Part shown: one piece after another, positions 1 to 7,653 of the stretch
Layout: each line of letters starts with the position of its first letter
How positions within the stretch are numbered: the stretch's first letter is position 1
Source of the DNA: an archaeon
GTDB taxonomy: Archaea > Thermoproteota > Nitrososphaeria > Conexivisphaerales > UBA164
Length of the DNA: 64,000 nucleotides
Direction of reading: 5' to 3'
Assembly: GCA_021792955.1 (NCBI GenBank)
Contig: JAJYTP010000001.1
Span: 3,044-67,043, forward strand
Program-made: the position numbers and the translations under genes
Notes under the pieces: model-generated
Seen by the model: the letters and a program-made list of their open reading frames with translations, nothing else
Databases searched by the model: none
Told to the model about the DNA's origin: nothing

Positions 1-2
1 TT

Positions 3-1016
3 GACATTTCCGTGAGCACATCCATGGGCGCTCCCCCGTACACTATCACATATTACCTTGATGGGGTGCCCGTTGGGAATATTGTACCCGTTGCATCAGG
101 CTCCGGCACTCATCAGGTCTATGCGCAGCTCACCGATTCCGCCGGATACAAAGTTGATTCAAATATCTTATCCTTCACCGTGAATCCTGATCCTACTATC
201 TCCATATCCGTCCCGGTTGACATCTACGACGTTGGGCAATCATTACACATAGCTACAAGCACATCTGAGGGTACCCCCCCTTATACCATCACATACTACC
301 TGAGTGGTGCAACCCTTAACGGGCCCACGAATAAGCTGCCAGAGGCAGGCACTTACCAACTATCTGCGCAGCTTACTGACTCTCTTGGATACCAAGTGGA
401 TTCTCCCGTCATATCGATAACCGTGAACACTGACCCCTCTCTTAGCGCTACTTCCAGTGTCAGGTCCGACAATTTCTTCTATTTAAATAATATCGACTCG
501 ATGGGTGTTATTACGAGCGGTGGGACATCCCCCTTCACCTATACCTGGTACCTAAACGGCCAGGAAGTGGCTAATACTACTTCTTCGACATATACTTACC
601 AACTGACAAAGATGGGCCTGAACACATTGAACGTAACTGCGACGGACGCGACAGGGTATTCGGTGCAGGCCTCCCTCACCGTTAACTACACTTACAACTA
701 TACCAACATAGCCATAATAGTGATAGTGATAGCGGCCATAATCACTGGAGCTGCGCTCGCGTTAAGGCGCAGGGGCAACAGGAAGGGCCCGATTACACAG
801 CAGCCGGAAAACAGGCCGGAGGCGCCATCGCAGCCAGACAACAAACCGGAAAGCAAGCCGGAGGCCAAGCCGGAGGCACCTCCACCAGGCGTTTATTCCC
901 TGGGCATGTCAACTGTATTCAACATAGAATCGAAGAGCGGTATGGGCAATTTCGTCAGAATCCTCGCTTTCCATGTTCTCTGCAAGGTGTATGCTGACAG
1001 GCAGGGGATGAGATGA
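3..1016 (+). CDS. Cell-surface protein, 5'-partial. It has three tandem Ig/PKD-like repeats of about 80-85 aa, a C-terminal TM anchor and a Pro/Lys/Glu-rich tail.
   Basis: The frame is open to the window edge. The repeat signature PPYTITYYL(D/S)G occurs at aa 8 and 89, and SPFTYTWYLNG at aa 173 of the listed ORF. The hydrophobic stretch IAIIVIVIAAIITGAALAL is followed by RRRGNRK, and the tail reads KPESKPEAKPEAPPP. Confidence 0.6.
   Translation, partial: DISVSTSMGAPPYTITYYLDGVPVGNIVPVASGSGTHQVYAQLTDSAGYKVDSNILSFTVNPDPTISISVPVDIYDVGQSLHIATSTSEGTPPYTITYYLSGATLNGPTNKLPEAGTYQLSAQLTDSLGYQVDSPVISITVNTDPSLSATSSVRSDNFFYLNNIDSMGVITSGGTSPFTYTWYLNGQEVANTTSSTYTYQLTKMGLNTLNVTATDATGYSVQASLTVNYTYNYTNIAIIVIVIAAIITGAALALRRRGNRKGPITQQPENRPEAPSQPDNKPESKPEAKPEAPPPGVYSLGMSTVFNIESKSGMGNFVRILAFHVLCKVYADRQGMR
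832..951. repeat. Direct repeat copy A. It covers the 3' end of the surface-protein gene and carries one extra 12-nt KPEA unit relative to copy B.
   Basis: The sequence agccagacaacaaaccggaaagcaagccggagg...cgaagagcggt recurs at 1893-1990. It is identical by eye except for a 12-nt indel (ccaagccggagg). Confidence 0.85.
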
Positions 1017-1019
1017 AAT

Positions 1020-1184
1020 TTGGCAGACGATGATTCAGTCGCGGGCGCTATTTTGGGCATACTCCTAGGGCTGGCTGGAATAGCAATTATTGCTTCAATT
1101 TTTTCTCCGCGCAAATGCCCTTATTGTGGGAAAGAGATTCCGAAGGACGCCAAAACTTGTCCATATTGCATGAGGCCACTATAA
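1020..1184 (+). CDS. Small membrane protein with a C-terminal CxxC-x9-CxxC zinc ribbon (about 54 aa, TTG start)
   Basis: Hand translation gives (L)ADDDSVAGAILGILLGLAGIAIIASIFSPRKCPYCGKEIPKDAKTCPYCMRPL*. It has no ATG start. Its stop overlaps the ATG of the next ORF (TAATG). Confidence 0.35.
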   Translation: MADDDSVAGAILGILLGLAGIAIIASIFSPRKCPYCGKEIPKDAKTCPYCMRPL

Positions 1185-1519
1185 TGACTAAATTTCATCT
1201 CAGCGAAATCTTTTACGGTAATGCGTTCCGCTTTGCAACAGGCCAACTCTTTGTAATAGGGATAGTAACTTTATTATGGGTAGTACAATCACCCTTTATT
1301 CCGGCTAGCGTGGGGCATCTTGCTGTCATATTACTTCTAATCAACGCTCTTGCTTCGCCATATACTGCAAAATTGCGGTCTATGCCCAACGCACCATCAG
1401 ATGCATTAAAATGTAGCTATTGTAACACACCTATGATTCCAACTGAGTCAGAATGCCCCCAATGCCATGCAAAGCTAACACGCCCAATTTCAGAGGAGGC
1501 TAAATCAGGTATAGATTAA
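1184..1519 (+). CDS. Small membrane protein with a C-terminal zinc ribbon
   Basis: MTKFHLSEIF... contains two hydrophobic segments followed by CSYCNTPMIPTESECPQCH. The ATG at 1184 is preferred over the track start at 1115. Confidence 0.45.
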   Translation: MTKFHLSEIFYGNAFRFATGQLFVIGIVTLLWVVQSPFIPASVGHLAVILLLINALASPYTAKLRSMPNAPSDALKCSYCNTPMIPTESECPQCHAKLTRPISEEAKSGID

Positions 1520-1563
1520 AGTGGATAAGACATCGTACAGGTGAAAATAAGTAGGCCTAGGCT

Positions 1564-1860
1564 TTGGATAATTCAGATTCAAGAGGCAAGGAAAATCAGA
1601 GATTGGAGGACTTCCTATTTGGCGCATTATTCGCAATATTAGTGACAGGATTTTATCAGATAGTAAAAATCTCTTTAGCCTCTCTTTCAAGCACATTGGC
1701 TATCCTTTGGGCAATGTCTTTAACATTTATCCTACTTGTTATACTAATTTGTTTCAATAGGAAGTACGACATATCTCCACGTAAAGCAAAGCTAGTTAGT
1801 ATAGCATTTATTGTTATATTCATTCTAACGTTAACAATTATAACATATTTCTTTCGCTAG
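1564..1860 (+). CDS. Small hypothetical membrane protein (TTG start)
   Basis: The ORF has three predicted hydrophobic helices and lies in an AT-rich region. No motif was recognised. Confidence 0.3.
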   Translation: MDNSDSRGKENQRLEDFLFGALFAILVTGFYQIVKISLASLSSTLAILWAMSLTFILLVILICFNRKYDISPRKAKLVSIAFIVIFILTLTIITYFFR

Positions 1861-1892
1861 GTAGTACAGTACTCCTAATAATGCAATATCGT

Positions 1893-1990
1893 AGCCAGAC
1901 AACAAACCGGAAAGCAAGCCGGAGGCACCTCCACCAGGCGTTTATTCCCTGGGCATGTCAACTGTATTCAACATAGAATCGAAGAGCGGT
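1893..1990. repeat. Direct repeat copy B, a duplicate of the surface-protein 3' end
   Basis: It matches 832-951 and diverges after ...cgaagagcggt. In frame it would encode an alternative C-terminus, ...ESKSGGNVLPLSTLACIFYPAYG. Confidence 0.85.
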
Positions 1991-2078
1991 GGGAATGTTC
2001 TTCCTCTTTCTACGCTGGCATGCATCTTTTATCCTGCTTATGGCATAAACTGCCCGCTATATGGTTTATCAGACTAAT

Positions 2079-2194
2079 GGTATAACATTGACTTAAGGTA
2101 TAACTTTCATTTCATATTATGCCATTAAACCATGGTTTTGTTGTTTATGGTATAACTGCCAAAGTTTAAATAGTTATACCGCGATAAGTATAAC
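2079..2194 (+). promoter_or_regulatory. Cluster of GGTATAAC iterons directly upstream of the methyltransferase start codon
   Basis: ggtataac occurs at 2079, 2097 and 2149, and gtataac at 2188. The inverted copy gttatacc is at 2173-2180. The last copy ends 1 nt before the ATG at 2196. Confidence 0.5.
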
Positions 2195-2195
2195 G

Positions 2196-3404
2196 ATGTC
2201 TATTACGAAGAAGACCGTTAAAGGCGATAATAAATACCTCTATTTTACATATTATGACCCAAAAGAGAAAAGAAAGAAAGAAGAATATTGCGGGCCAGCC
2301 GATGATCCTAAAGCCAAAGAGATGGCTGAGACCCTTAGAAAAAATTACATAAAAAACCAAATAACTATGTTGGAGAACCAACTCTCTGGATTCAACCTCC
2401 GAGTTGACTCACCAGAAAACCGTTTGAGGCTGGTTAAACCAAGCACAAGAGTGCAAACCAGGCTTAATCCACAAACGAAAGAGGCTTTAGATATCCTAAG
2501 GCATGCTCGAGTGTATGAGCCTGAAATATTTTACAAATCAAGTGAGAATATGTCCGAGGTTCCAAATGAGTCTGTCCAACTAATAGTCACATCACCTCCC
2601 TACAATGTGGGGAAAGAATACGGTAAGCATGATGATAAAATGGATGTAGAAGCATATTACTCACTATTGAACCGCGTGTGGGTAGAATGCAAGCGAGTAC
2701 TCTGCAAAGGGGGAAGGATAGCTGTGAATGTCGCAAATACGGGTCGGCAGCCATACATTCCGCTTAACTCTATTATAATCAACCAACTCTTAAGTTTAGG
2801 TTTTCATATGAGAGGTGAAATCATCTGGGATAAAGGGGCAAGCGTAGGCATTTCAACCGCATGGGGTAGTTGGCGTAAAGCCTCTAACCCCACACTTAGG
2901 GATGTTAACGAATTTATTATGTTATTCACAAAAGATGAGATACCACTTGTTGAAAGCGAACACGAACATATCGTAGTATTCTCCAAGGATGCATACCGGC
3001 TAAGCAGTAGGAATAATATATCGACTATAACGGCCAATGAATTTACTGAATATACCAAATCCATTTGGCGGTTCCCAACATCTAATCCCATAAACGGTCA
3101 TCCTGCACCATTTCCAGAGGAATTACCAAAAAGACTAATTCAGCTCTATACATTCCTTGGGGATACCGTTCTTGACCCATTTCTTGGGTCTGGTACAACC
3201 TGTAAAGTAGCCAAAGCATGGGGCCGAAAGTCCATAGGCTATGAAATCGACGAGAGCTATAGGCCAATCATCGAAAAAAGGATAGCTGAAGCCGAACAGT
3301 TAGCTATACCGTTGGAAACGTTCATGACTAACAACGGTCAAAACATTGACGATTATGAACCATTTGACACTCTTCGTAATTCAGAAACAAATGCATCTAG
3401 CTGA
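2196..3404 (+). CDS. DNA methyltransferase, beta-class N4-cytosine/N6-adenine family (motif IV precedes motif I)
   Basis: Motif IV is IVTSPPYNVGKEY. Motif I, DPFLGSGTT, lies near the C-terminus. This order is typical of the N6_N4 MTase family, and SPPY is more common in N4-cytosine enzymes. Confidence 0.85.
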   Translation: MSITKKTVKGDNKYLYFTYYDPKEKRKKEEYCGPADDPKAKEMAETLRKNYIKNQITMLENQLSGFNLRVDSPENRLRLVKPSTRVQTRLNPQTKEALDILRHARVYEPEIFYKSSENMSEVPNESVQLIVTSPPYNVGKEYGKHDDKMDVEAYYSLLNRVWVECKRVLCKGGRIAVNVANTGRQPYIPLNSIIINQLLSLGFHMRGEIIWDKGASVGISTAWGSWRKASNPTLRDVNEFIMLFTKDEIPLVESEHEHIVVFSKDAYRLSSRNNISTITANEFTEYTKSIWRFPTSNPINGHPAPFPEELPKRLIQLYTFLGDTVLDPFLGSGTTCKVAKAWGRKSIGYEIDESYRPIIEKRIAEAEQLAIPLETFMTNNGQNIDDYEPFDTLRNSETNASS

Positions 3405-4039
3405 TTCTTCTTTGTAATGTCGTAGATTCCTGTCACGGCGTTATCATGATATGCGATTAAATTATTGGGCAGGGAGTTTGTGATTATATAAAATTGCCCA
3501 TTGGGTACACGTTTTCTCCATTCTACAGCATTCGCGAAGGCTTTCTTTTTTGTATCTGACCTGCTCATGCCTGCCCTTCCTAACTTTGAACTACTACCGT
3601 CGGGGTTGAGTACAGATAAAGCCGACCCCTTTGCCTCTATTACTATATCGTGCGAAACTTCTAAATCATAAAGCCGTGTAGTTTGTGAGGTCGACTTTAT
3701 TTTGAATTTGAAGCTTTCATTAAGGAGGTATAGAGAAGCATACATAAACATGTCACCTGTATATGATGCTCTACCCTGAAATGTAGCTACCTGATAAACA
3801 TGCATATGACAGGTAGGACAATTTTTTGGTTTATTACCCCACCCATACATTGGTTTGCCTAAAGCAAAACAAGCTGGGCATACCCACATCGAAAAGAAAT
3901 TAGATGTCCTTAATATATTACTAAAGCAATCATTGAAATAACGTGACAGGGAGGTGTTTGTTATCCCTGACTTATTAATATCTTTATAATTATTTTCAAT
4001 GATTTTCAAGTAAGTAGAAGGGATTGTTGTATCATACAT
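3353..4039 (-). CDS. Candidate Type II restriction endonuclease: zinc ribbon plus PD-(D/E)xK-like core
   Basis: It is convergent with the MTase, and the 3' ends overlap by 52 nt. It carries CPACFALG...CPTCH, then YDLEVSHDIVIEAKG (D...ExK). No family was recognised. Confidence 0.45.
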   Translation of the reverse strand: MYDTTIPSTYLKIIENNYKDINKSGITNTSLSRYFNDCFSNILRTSNFFSMWVCPACFALGKPMYGWGNKPKNCPTCHMHVYQVATFQGRASYTGDMFMYASLYLLNESFKFKIKSTSQTTRLYDLEVSHDIVIEAKGSALSVLNPDGSSSKLGRAGMSRSDTKKKAFANAVEWRKRVPNGQFYIITNSLPNNLIAYHDNAVTGIYDITKKNQLDAFVSELRRVSNGS

Positions 4040-4170
4040 AACATAATATTATAATTTAATAGTTAATTAATATTTCTTATGAAATGTTGTCAATACCGTC
4101 GGTTTATAGGTTATAATCAGCTAAACGAGCAAAACTACCCACTCCGGTCACAATTAAATGTATAAGCCAC

Positions 4171-4662
4171 TCAAACCCTTTCCGTTTTGCCTTCGACCAT
4201 CATCCTCAGTTCGCTGATGATCCTCTCCGTCTCCTCCTGCCTTTTTTCTAGGTCCCCAAGCTCGGCAAGCTTTTTCTTCAGCGACTCGATCTCGATTGAG
4301 GACTGCTCTCTGTCCTTTTCAAGCTCCCTCTGTTTCTTTTTGCTCTCGAGGACCTGCAGCCTGAGCTCTGTCATGTCCTTCCTGTTCTGGCCCTGTTCTG
4401 CCTCAAGCTGCTTCTCCAGAACCATCACCTTCCGATAGGCCTCGGAAATAGAAAGGTAGGGCATGGCCCTGAGGTACTGCTCAATAGCAGGCTTCGGGAG
4501 GTGCCTGTCATAATGCTCCTTCGTTCCGGTGTTGTGGCCCATCAGTTTCTCGACATACGGCTCATCCATATAGTCCTTGGCCACGTTGTCATAGAACTTG
4601 CGAAAGCCATGGGCTATCATCACCTCATGCCTCTTCTTTTCTTTTCTTAAGCCGGTTAATGA
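4171..4662 (-). pseudogene. Tyrosine recombinase/integrase fragment. Only the C-terminal catalytic part remains, with a coiled-coil tail of about 90 aa.
   Basis: AHGFRKF...LMGHNTGTKEHYDRH matches the HxxR...H...Y catalytic signature. An in-frame stop lies 13 codons upstream of the Met, so the N-terminal two thirds are absent. The tail is rich in E/K/L heptads. Confidence 0.6.
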
Positions 4663-4720
4663 TCATGAACCTACAAACGAAAAGACTCTATAAACTGCTT
4701 TTACTTCCTGAGGAATAAAT

Positions 4721-5494
4721 ATGTCGGACGCACAACCTGAACGCCATAAGCGTGGTTTTTACGCATCCAAGTATGCGGCGATCCCGCCGGGGGACCCCCA
4801 GGAGCTCACCATATTCCAGTTCTACCGGGTGACGCTGCGAAATATAAGGAAGTTAAGGGACCTGAAGGTAAAGCTAGGCTTCCGCTCCCTGGACGGCGTA
4901 ATAGGCTTCCTGGTCAATACGGTTGAAAGGGAGGGGGTTATTCCGCTGGCCACCTATACTATGGCCTTCAAGAAAGCGGGCACCAGGCCGGTGATCATCA
5001 CGGGAGAATCGGGATCCGGCAAGACAACGACGATAAGGTCCCTGCTATCGACATTCTTTCAGGAGCGGGATGACGCCCTTGACATGAACAGCAGGCAGGC
5101 CCCGCGCAACTGCTTTATCATGGACGTGGGGGACGAATATACGGACTACAGGAAGGTTGACCTGGGCCATTTCTTCAGCATAAAGTGGGAGCAGGCGAGC
5201 GGGGAAAGGCTTCGTTTCGTGCCCAACCCCAACGTCCAGATATCACAGGCCGAGGCGGCCACAATATTCTCACATCTTAACTTCGTCAAGAACTCCGGGG
5301 CGCTGAAGAACTGGGTTATCGTTATAGAGGAGGGGCACCGTTTCAAGGACGACACAAACTTGCGGGCTTTGCTGATTGAGGCAAGGAAGTTCGTCAGGAA
5401 GCTGCTCATAGTGACTACGGACTGGAAGGTTTACCAGGACATAACGATGGTCCTGAAGCCTGCACCTTTCACGGAGGAGACAGCCAGGGAGTAG
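4721..5494 (+). CDS. P-loop NTPase typical of mobile elements (FtsK/HerA/VirB4-like core)
   Basis: Walker A is ITGESGSGKTTT and Walker B-like is WVIVIEEGHRF. It sits between the integrase remnant and the Xis-like gene. Confidence 0.55.
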   Translation: MSDAQPERHKRGFYASKYAAIPPGDPQELTIFQFYRVTLRNIRKLRDLKVKLGFRSLDGVIGFLVNTVEREGVIPLATYTMAFKKAGTRPVIITGESGSGKTTTIRSLLSTFFQERDDALDMNSRQAPRNCFIMDVGDEYTDYRKVDLGHFFSIKWEQASGERLRFVPNPNVQISQAEAATIFSHLNFVKNSGALKNWVIVIEEGHRFKDDTNLRALLIEARKFVRKLLIVTTDWKVYQDITMVLKPAPFTEETARE

Positions 5495-5505
5495 TCCTGG
5501 CCGTT

Positions 5506-5775
5506 CTATGTATGGCTGTCCTGTGGTATTTCGGATCCTGACTTCAGTGTCTCAAGCTCCTCCTCAAGCTCCGTAATTCTGTCTGCCTTCTGTTGGTCAA
5601 AGACACCATCGATTACGCTCATGACGTAGCTGTCATCCACCAGCTTGTCCATTACTTCAATTGCGTCAAGGCCATAATTTATGACTTCATCAATCGTTTC
5701 AAATTTGTGCACATCGCTCTTGAGCTTGCGCGCCAGGCGGTCCTGAGTCACTCTCCTTAGCTCTAGCAGGACCAT
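5506..5775 (-). CDS. Small hypothetical protein, possibly ribbon-helix-helix, translationally coupled to the upstream HTH gene
   Basis: The start MVLLELRRVTQDRLARKL overlaps the upstream stop (TGATG). The first 30 codons of the track ORF belong to a different gene in another frame. Confidence 0.4.
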   Translation of the reverse strand: MVLLELRRVTQDRLARKLKSDVHKFETIDEVINYGLDAIEVMDKLVDDSYVMSVIDGVFDQQKADRITELEEELETLKSGSEIPQDSHT

Positions 5776-5936
5776 CACTTCATCATCTCCCTTACGGCAT
5801 CCTGGGGGATCCGCCAGTCCCCGTTGGGCAGCTTGACGCCTTTGAGCTTCCCATCCTTCAGCCACTTCCTAATAGTCGTCTCCGGCACCTTCAGCGTTGT
5901 CGCCACTTCCTCCACGGTGAGCAAGTTGGATATCAT
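5775..5936 (-). CDS. Excisionase/MerR-type helix-turn-helix DNA-binding protein (53 aa, not in the ORF track)
   Basis: Hand translation gives MISNLLTVEEVATTLKVPETTIRKWLKDGKLKGVKLPNGDWRIPQDAVREMMK*. This is the classic Xis-family HTH_17 pattern. Confidence 0.65.
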   Translation of the reverse strand: MISNLLTVEEVATTLKVPETTIRKWLKDGKLKGVKLPNGDWRIPQDAVREMMK

Positions 5937-6188
5937 GTCATATAATAAAAGACAGATTGATATAACGGGCTATTTGCAGGGCGCACAGTCACCCATACGC
6001 ACAATACCGCAAACCTAATATGTCCGGCTGCCGCATTTATTCTTACAAATATGATTTTCGCCTTTGATTATACACCCTTTATGGCGACATGCCGCAATCC
6101 TTAAGCTTGACTGGATTTTGGATCTCTGTATTCAGATCAATTTTACTTAAAATAAAAAGTGTTAAATATTCCCACCATTAGAAGCTTG

Positions 6189-6308
6189 GTAGCCGGCCAT
6201 AGCGGTAGGGTTCCACCCGGTCTCATCCGAACCCGGAAGTTAAACCTATCGACGCCGTTGTGCTAGCAAAGTGCGCGAGCCTTTGTGAAGCAACGGTGCC
6301 GGCGATCA
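6189..6308 (+). rRNA. rrf: 5S ribosomal RNA, stand-alone
   Basis: gccggccatagcggtagggttccacccggtctcatccgaacccggaagttaaac...ggtgccggc carries the conserved 5S loop-A/helix motifs (CCAC...CCGAAC..GGAAGTTAA). The GCCGGC termini pair with each other. Confidence 0.85.
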
Positions 6309-6793
6309 TTCTAACCCTCTAAAGATATTAGTGATTTGTGGTAGGAGCTGTGAAATTAGAGTTAGCACGGGCTGCGTGGACAACCCGGCAATGATAACAC
6401 CCTTGAAATGCATTCAACCAAGGTTATATATGCTTACCATGTTAGGTTCAGACTCTAGCCAAGCGTTTAACAGGAAAAGACTCGGCAAATAGCTTGAAAT
6501 CTACAAAGGGCTTGGGCTGCACTGGCTAAACTAACGCGTTACCAAAAGGAAATCAAAAGGACTAGATATGCTGCAATTCATATGTATATGCGCAAAAATG
6601 CCTCGAAGAAGGTCGACATGGCGTTCATAACCTTCTTTGAAAGGAAGACAGAATATCCGCTCCTCAAGAAGCATGTTACAACCTTATGCGCCAGTAGGCA
6701 AAACAGAAATGAATATGCAAGAATTGTGTTTAGCATAAGAGGATTTCATATATCCTTTACCGCTAATCTTTAAAGACAGGGGCTGTAACACAT

Positions 6794-7558
6794 ATGTACA
6801 TGAAAATAGGAATTATAGGAATAGGTGAGCTAGGTTCGTCGCTGTTGAAAGGGCTCATTAACTCTGGGGTAAATACCGCTGAATTAGTTATTTATGACAA
6901 GAACGCGAACAAGACGGCAGCATATTCGCGAACTGGTATTTGTATAGCCAAGGACGCCGGCGAAGTTGTGGAGGATTCCACCATAATAATGCTGGCGGTG
7001 AAACCAGTGGATTATGGTGCCGTGTTAAGTGAAATTGAAAATAAACTTGATAATGCGAAAATTATAATTTCCTTCATGGCAGGAGTGAGCCTCAATGAAC
7101 TTAATTCGCTTGCCAAAGCGAGATTGTTCAGGGCAATGCCCAACATAACATGCGCACAGAACGAATCACCAATCCTTCTTTCATCCAGATCAGGCCAAGA
7201 TCCCAAGCAGGCGATAGATGTGCTCTCTAAGCTCGGTAAGGTGGTCATAATAAATGAACAATTAATGGATGGATTAACGGTGCTTATAGGTAGTGGGCCA
7301 GCGCTCATAGCTAATATAATGGAATCATTCTATAGATTCGGAGTGATGAAAGGATTGACCCCCACCGATTCAAAGCTTCTTGTCAATCAATTATTCCTTG
7401 GCACCAGTAAATTGGCCCTTGAGATACCATATGGCGATATATTGGAAAAAATATCCACCCCAGGTGGCATTACTGCACGGGCACTGTTTGAGATGGAGAA
7501 AAGGGGGATAGGTGGGTCGATAATGGACTCAATGGATTCAACTTCAAATAAACGATAG
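6794..7558 (+). CDS. proC: Pyrroline-5-carboxylate reductase
   Basis: The N-terminal Rossmann motif is KIGIIGIGELGSSL. The C-terminal STPGGITARAL motif and the length of about 250 aa also fit. Confidence 0.8.
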   Translation: MYMKIGIIGIGELGSSLLKGLINSGVNTAELVIYDKNANKTAAYSRTGICIAKDAGEVVEDSTIIMLAVKPVDYGAVLSEIENKLDNAKIIISFMAGVSLNELNSLAKARLFRAMPNITCAQNESPILLSSRSGQDPKQAIDVLSKLGKVVIINEQLMDGLTVLIGSGPALIANIMESFYRFGVMKGLTPTDSKLLVNQLFLGTSKLALEIPYGDILEKISTPGGITARALFEMEKRGIGGSIMDSMDSTSNKR

Positions 7559-7598
7559 CTATTTGAATTTTGATCATTGCCATTAAACAAACAGTGAT

Positions 7599-7612
7599 AA
7601 TATTTATAAATT
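7599..7612 (+). promoter_or_regulatory. TATA-box-like element upstream of the thermosome gene. An SD-like AGGTGAT lies at 7637-7643.
   Basis: aatatttataaatt lies about 45-55 nt upstream of the ATG at 7654. aggtgat lies 11 nt before the ATG and complements the archaeal 16S 3' end. Confidence 0.35.
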
Positions 7613-7653
7613 CCCCATTAAATGGTACTGACATCTCAGGTGATTAAATAAAA

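Noticed and set aside
893-1114. 73-aa minus-strand ORF spanning the end of the surface-protein gene
   Set aside because: It is antisense to the Pro-rich tail and to the small zinc-ribbon ORF, has low-complexity composition, and lacks start signals.
1115-1183. N-terminal extension of the track ORF 1115..1519
   Set aside because: This part overlaps a better-looking TM plus zinc-ribbon ORF in another frame (1020-1184). The ATG at 1184 overlaps that ORF's stop (TAATG), which fits two coupled small genes.
5776-5865. First 30 codons of the track ORF 5506..5865 (MAEGWEAQRRQAAQRG...)
   Set aside because: The same DNA in another frame encodes a textbook Xis-type HTH (5775-5936). The downstream gene more plausibly starts at the overlapping ATG at 5775.
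6582-6773. 63-aa ORF in the spacer between the 5S rRNA gene and proC
   Set aside because: It has no motif and no convincing SD or TATA. It may be real, but the sequence alone does not support it.
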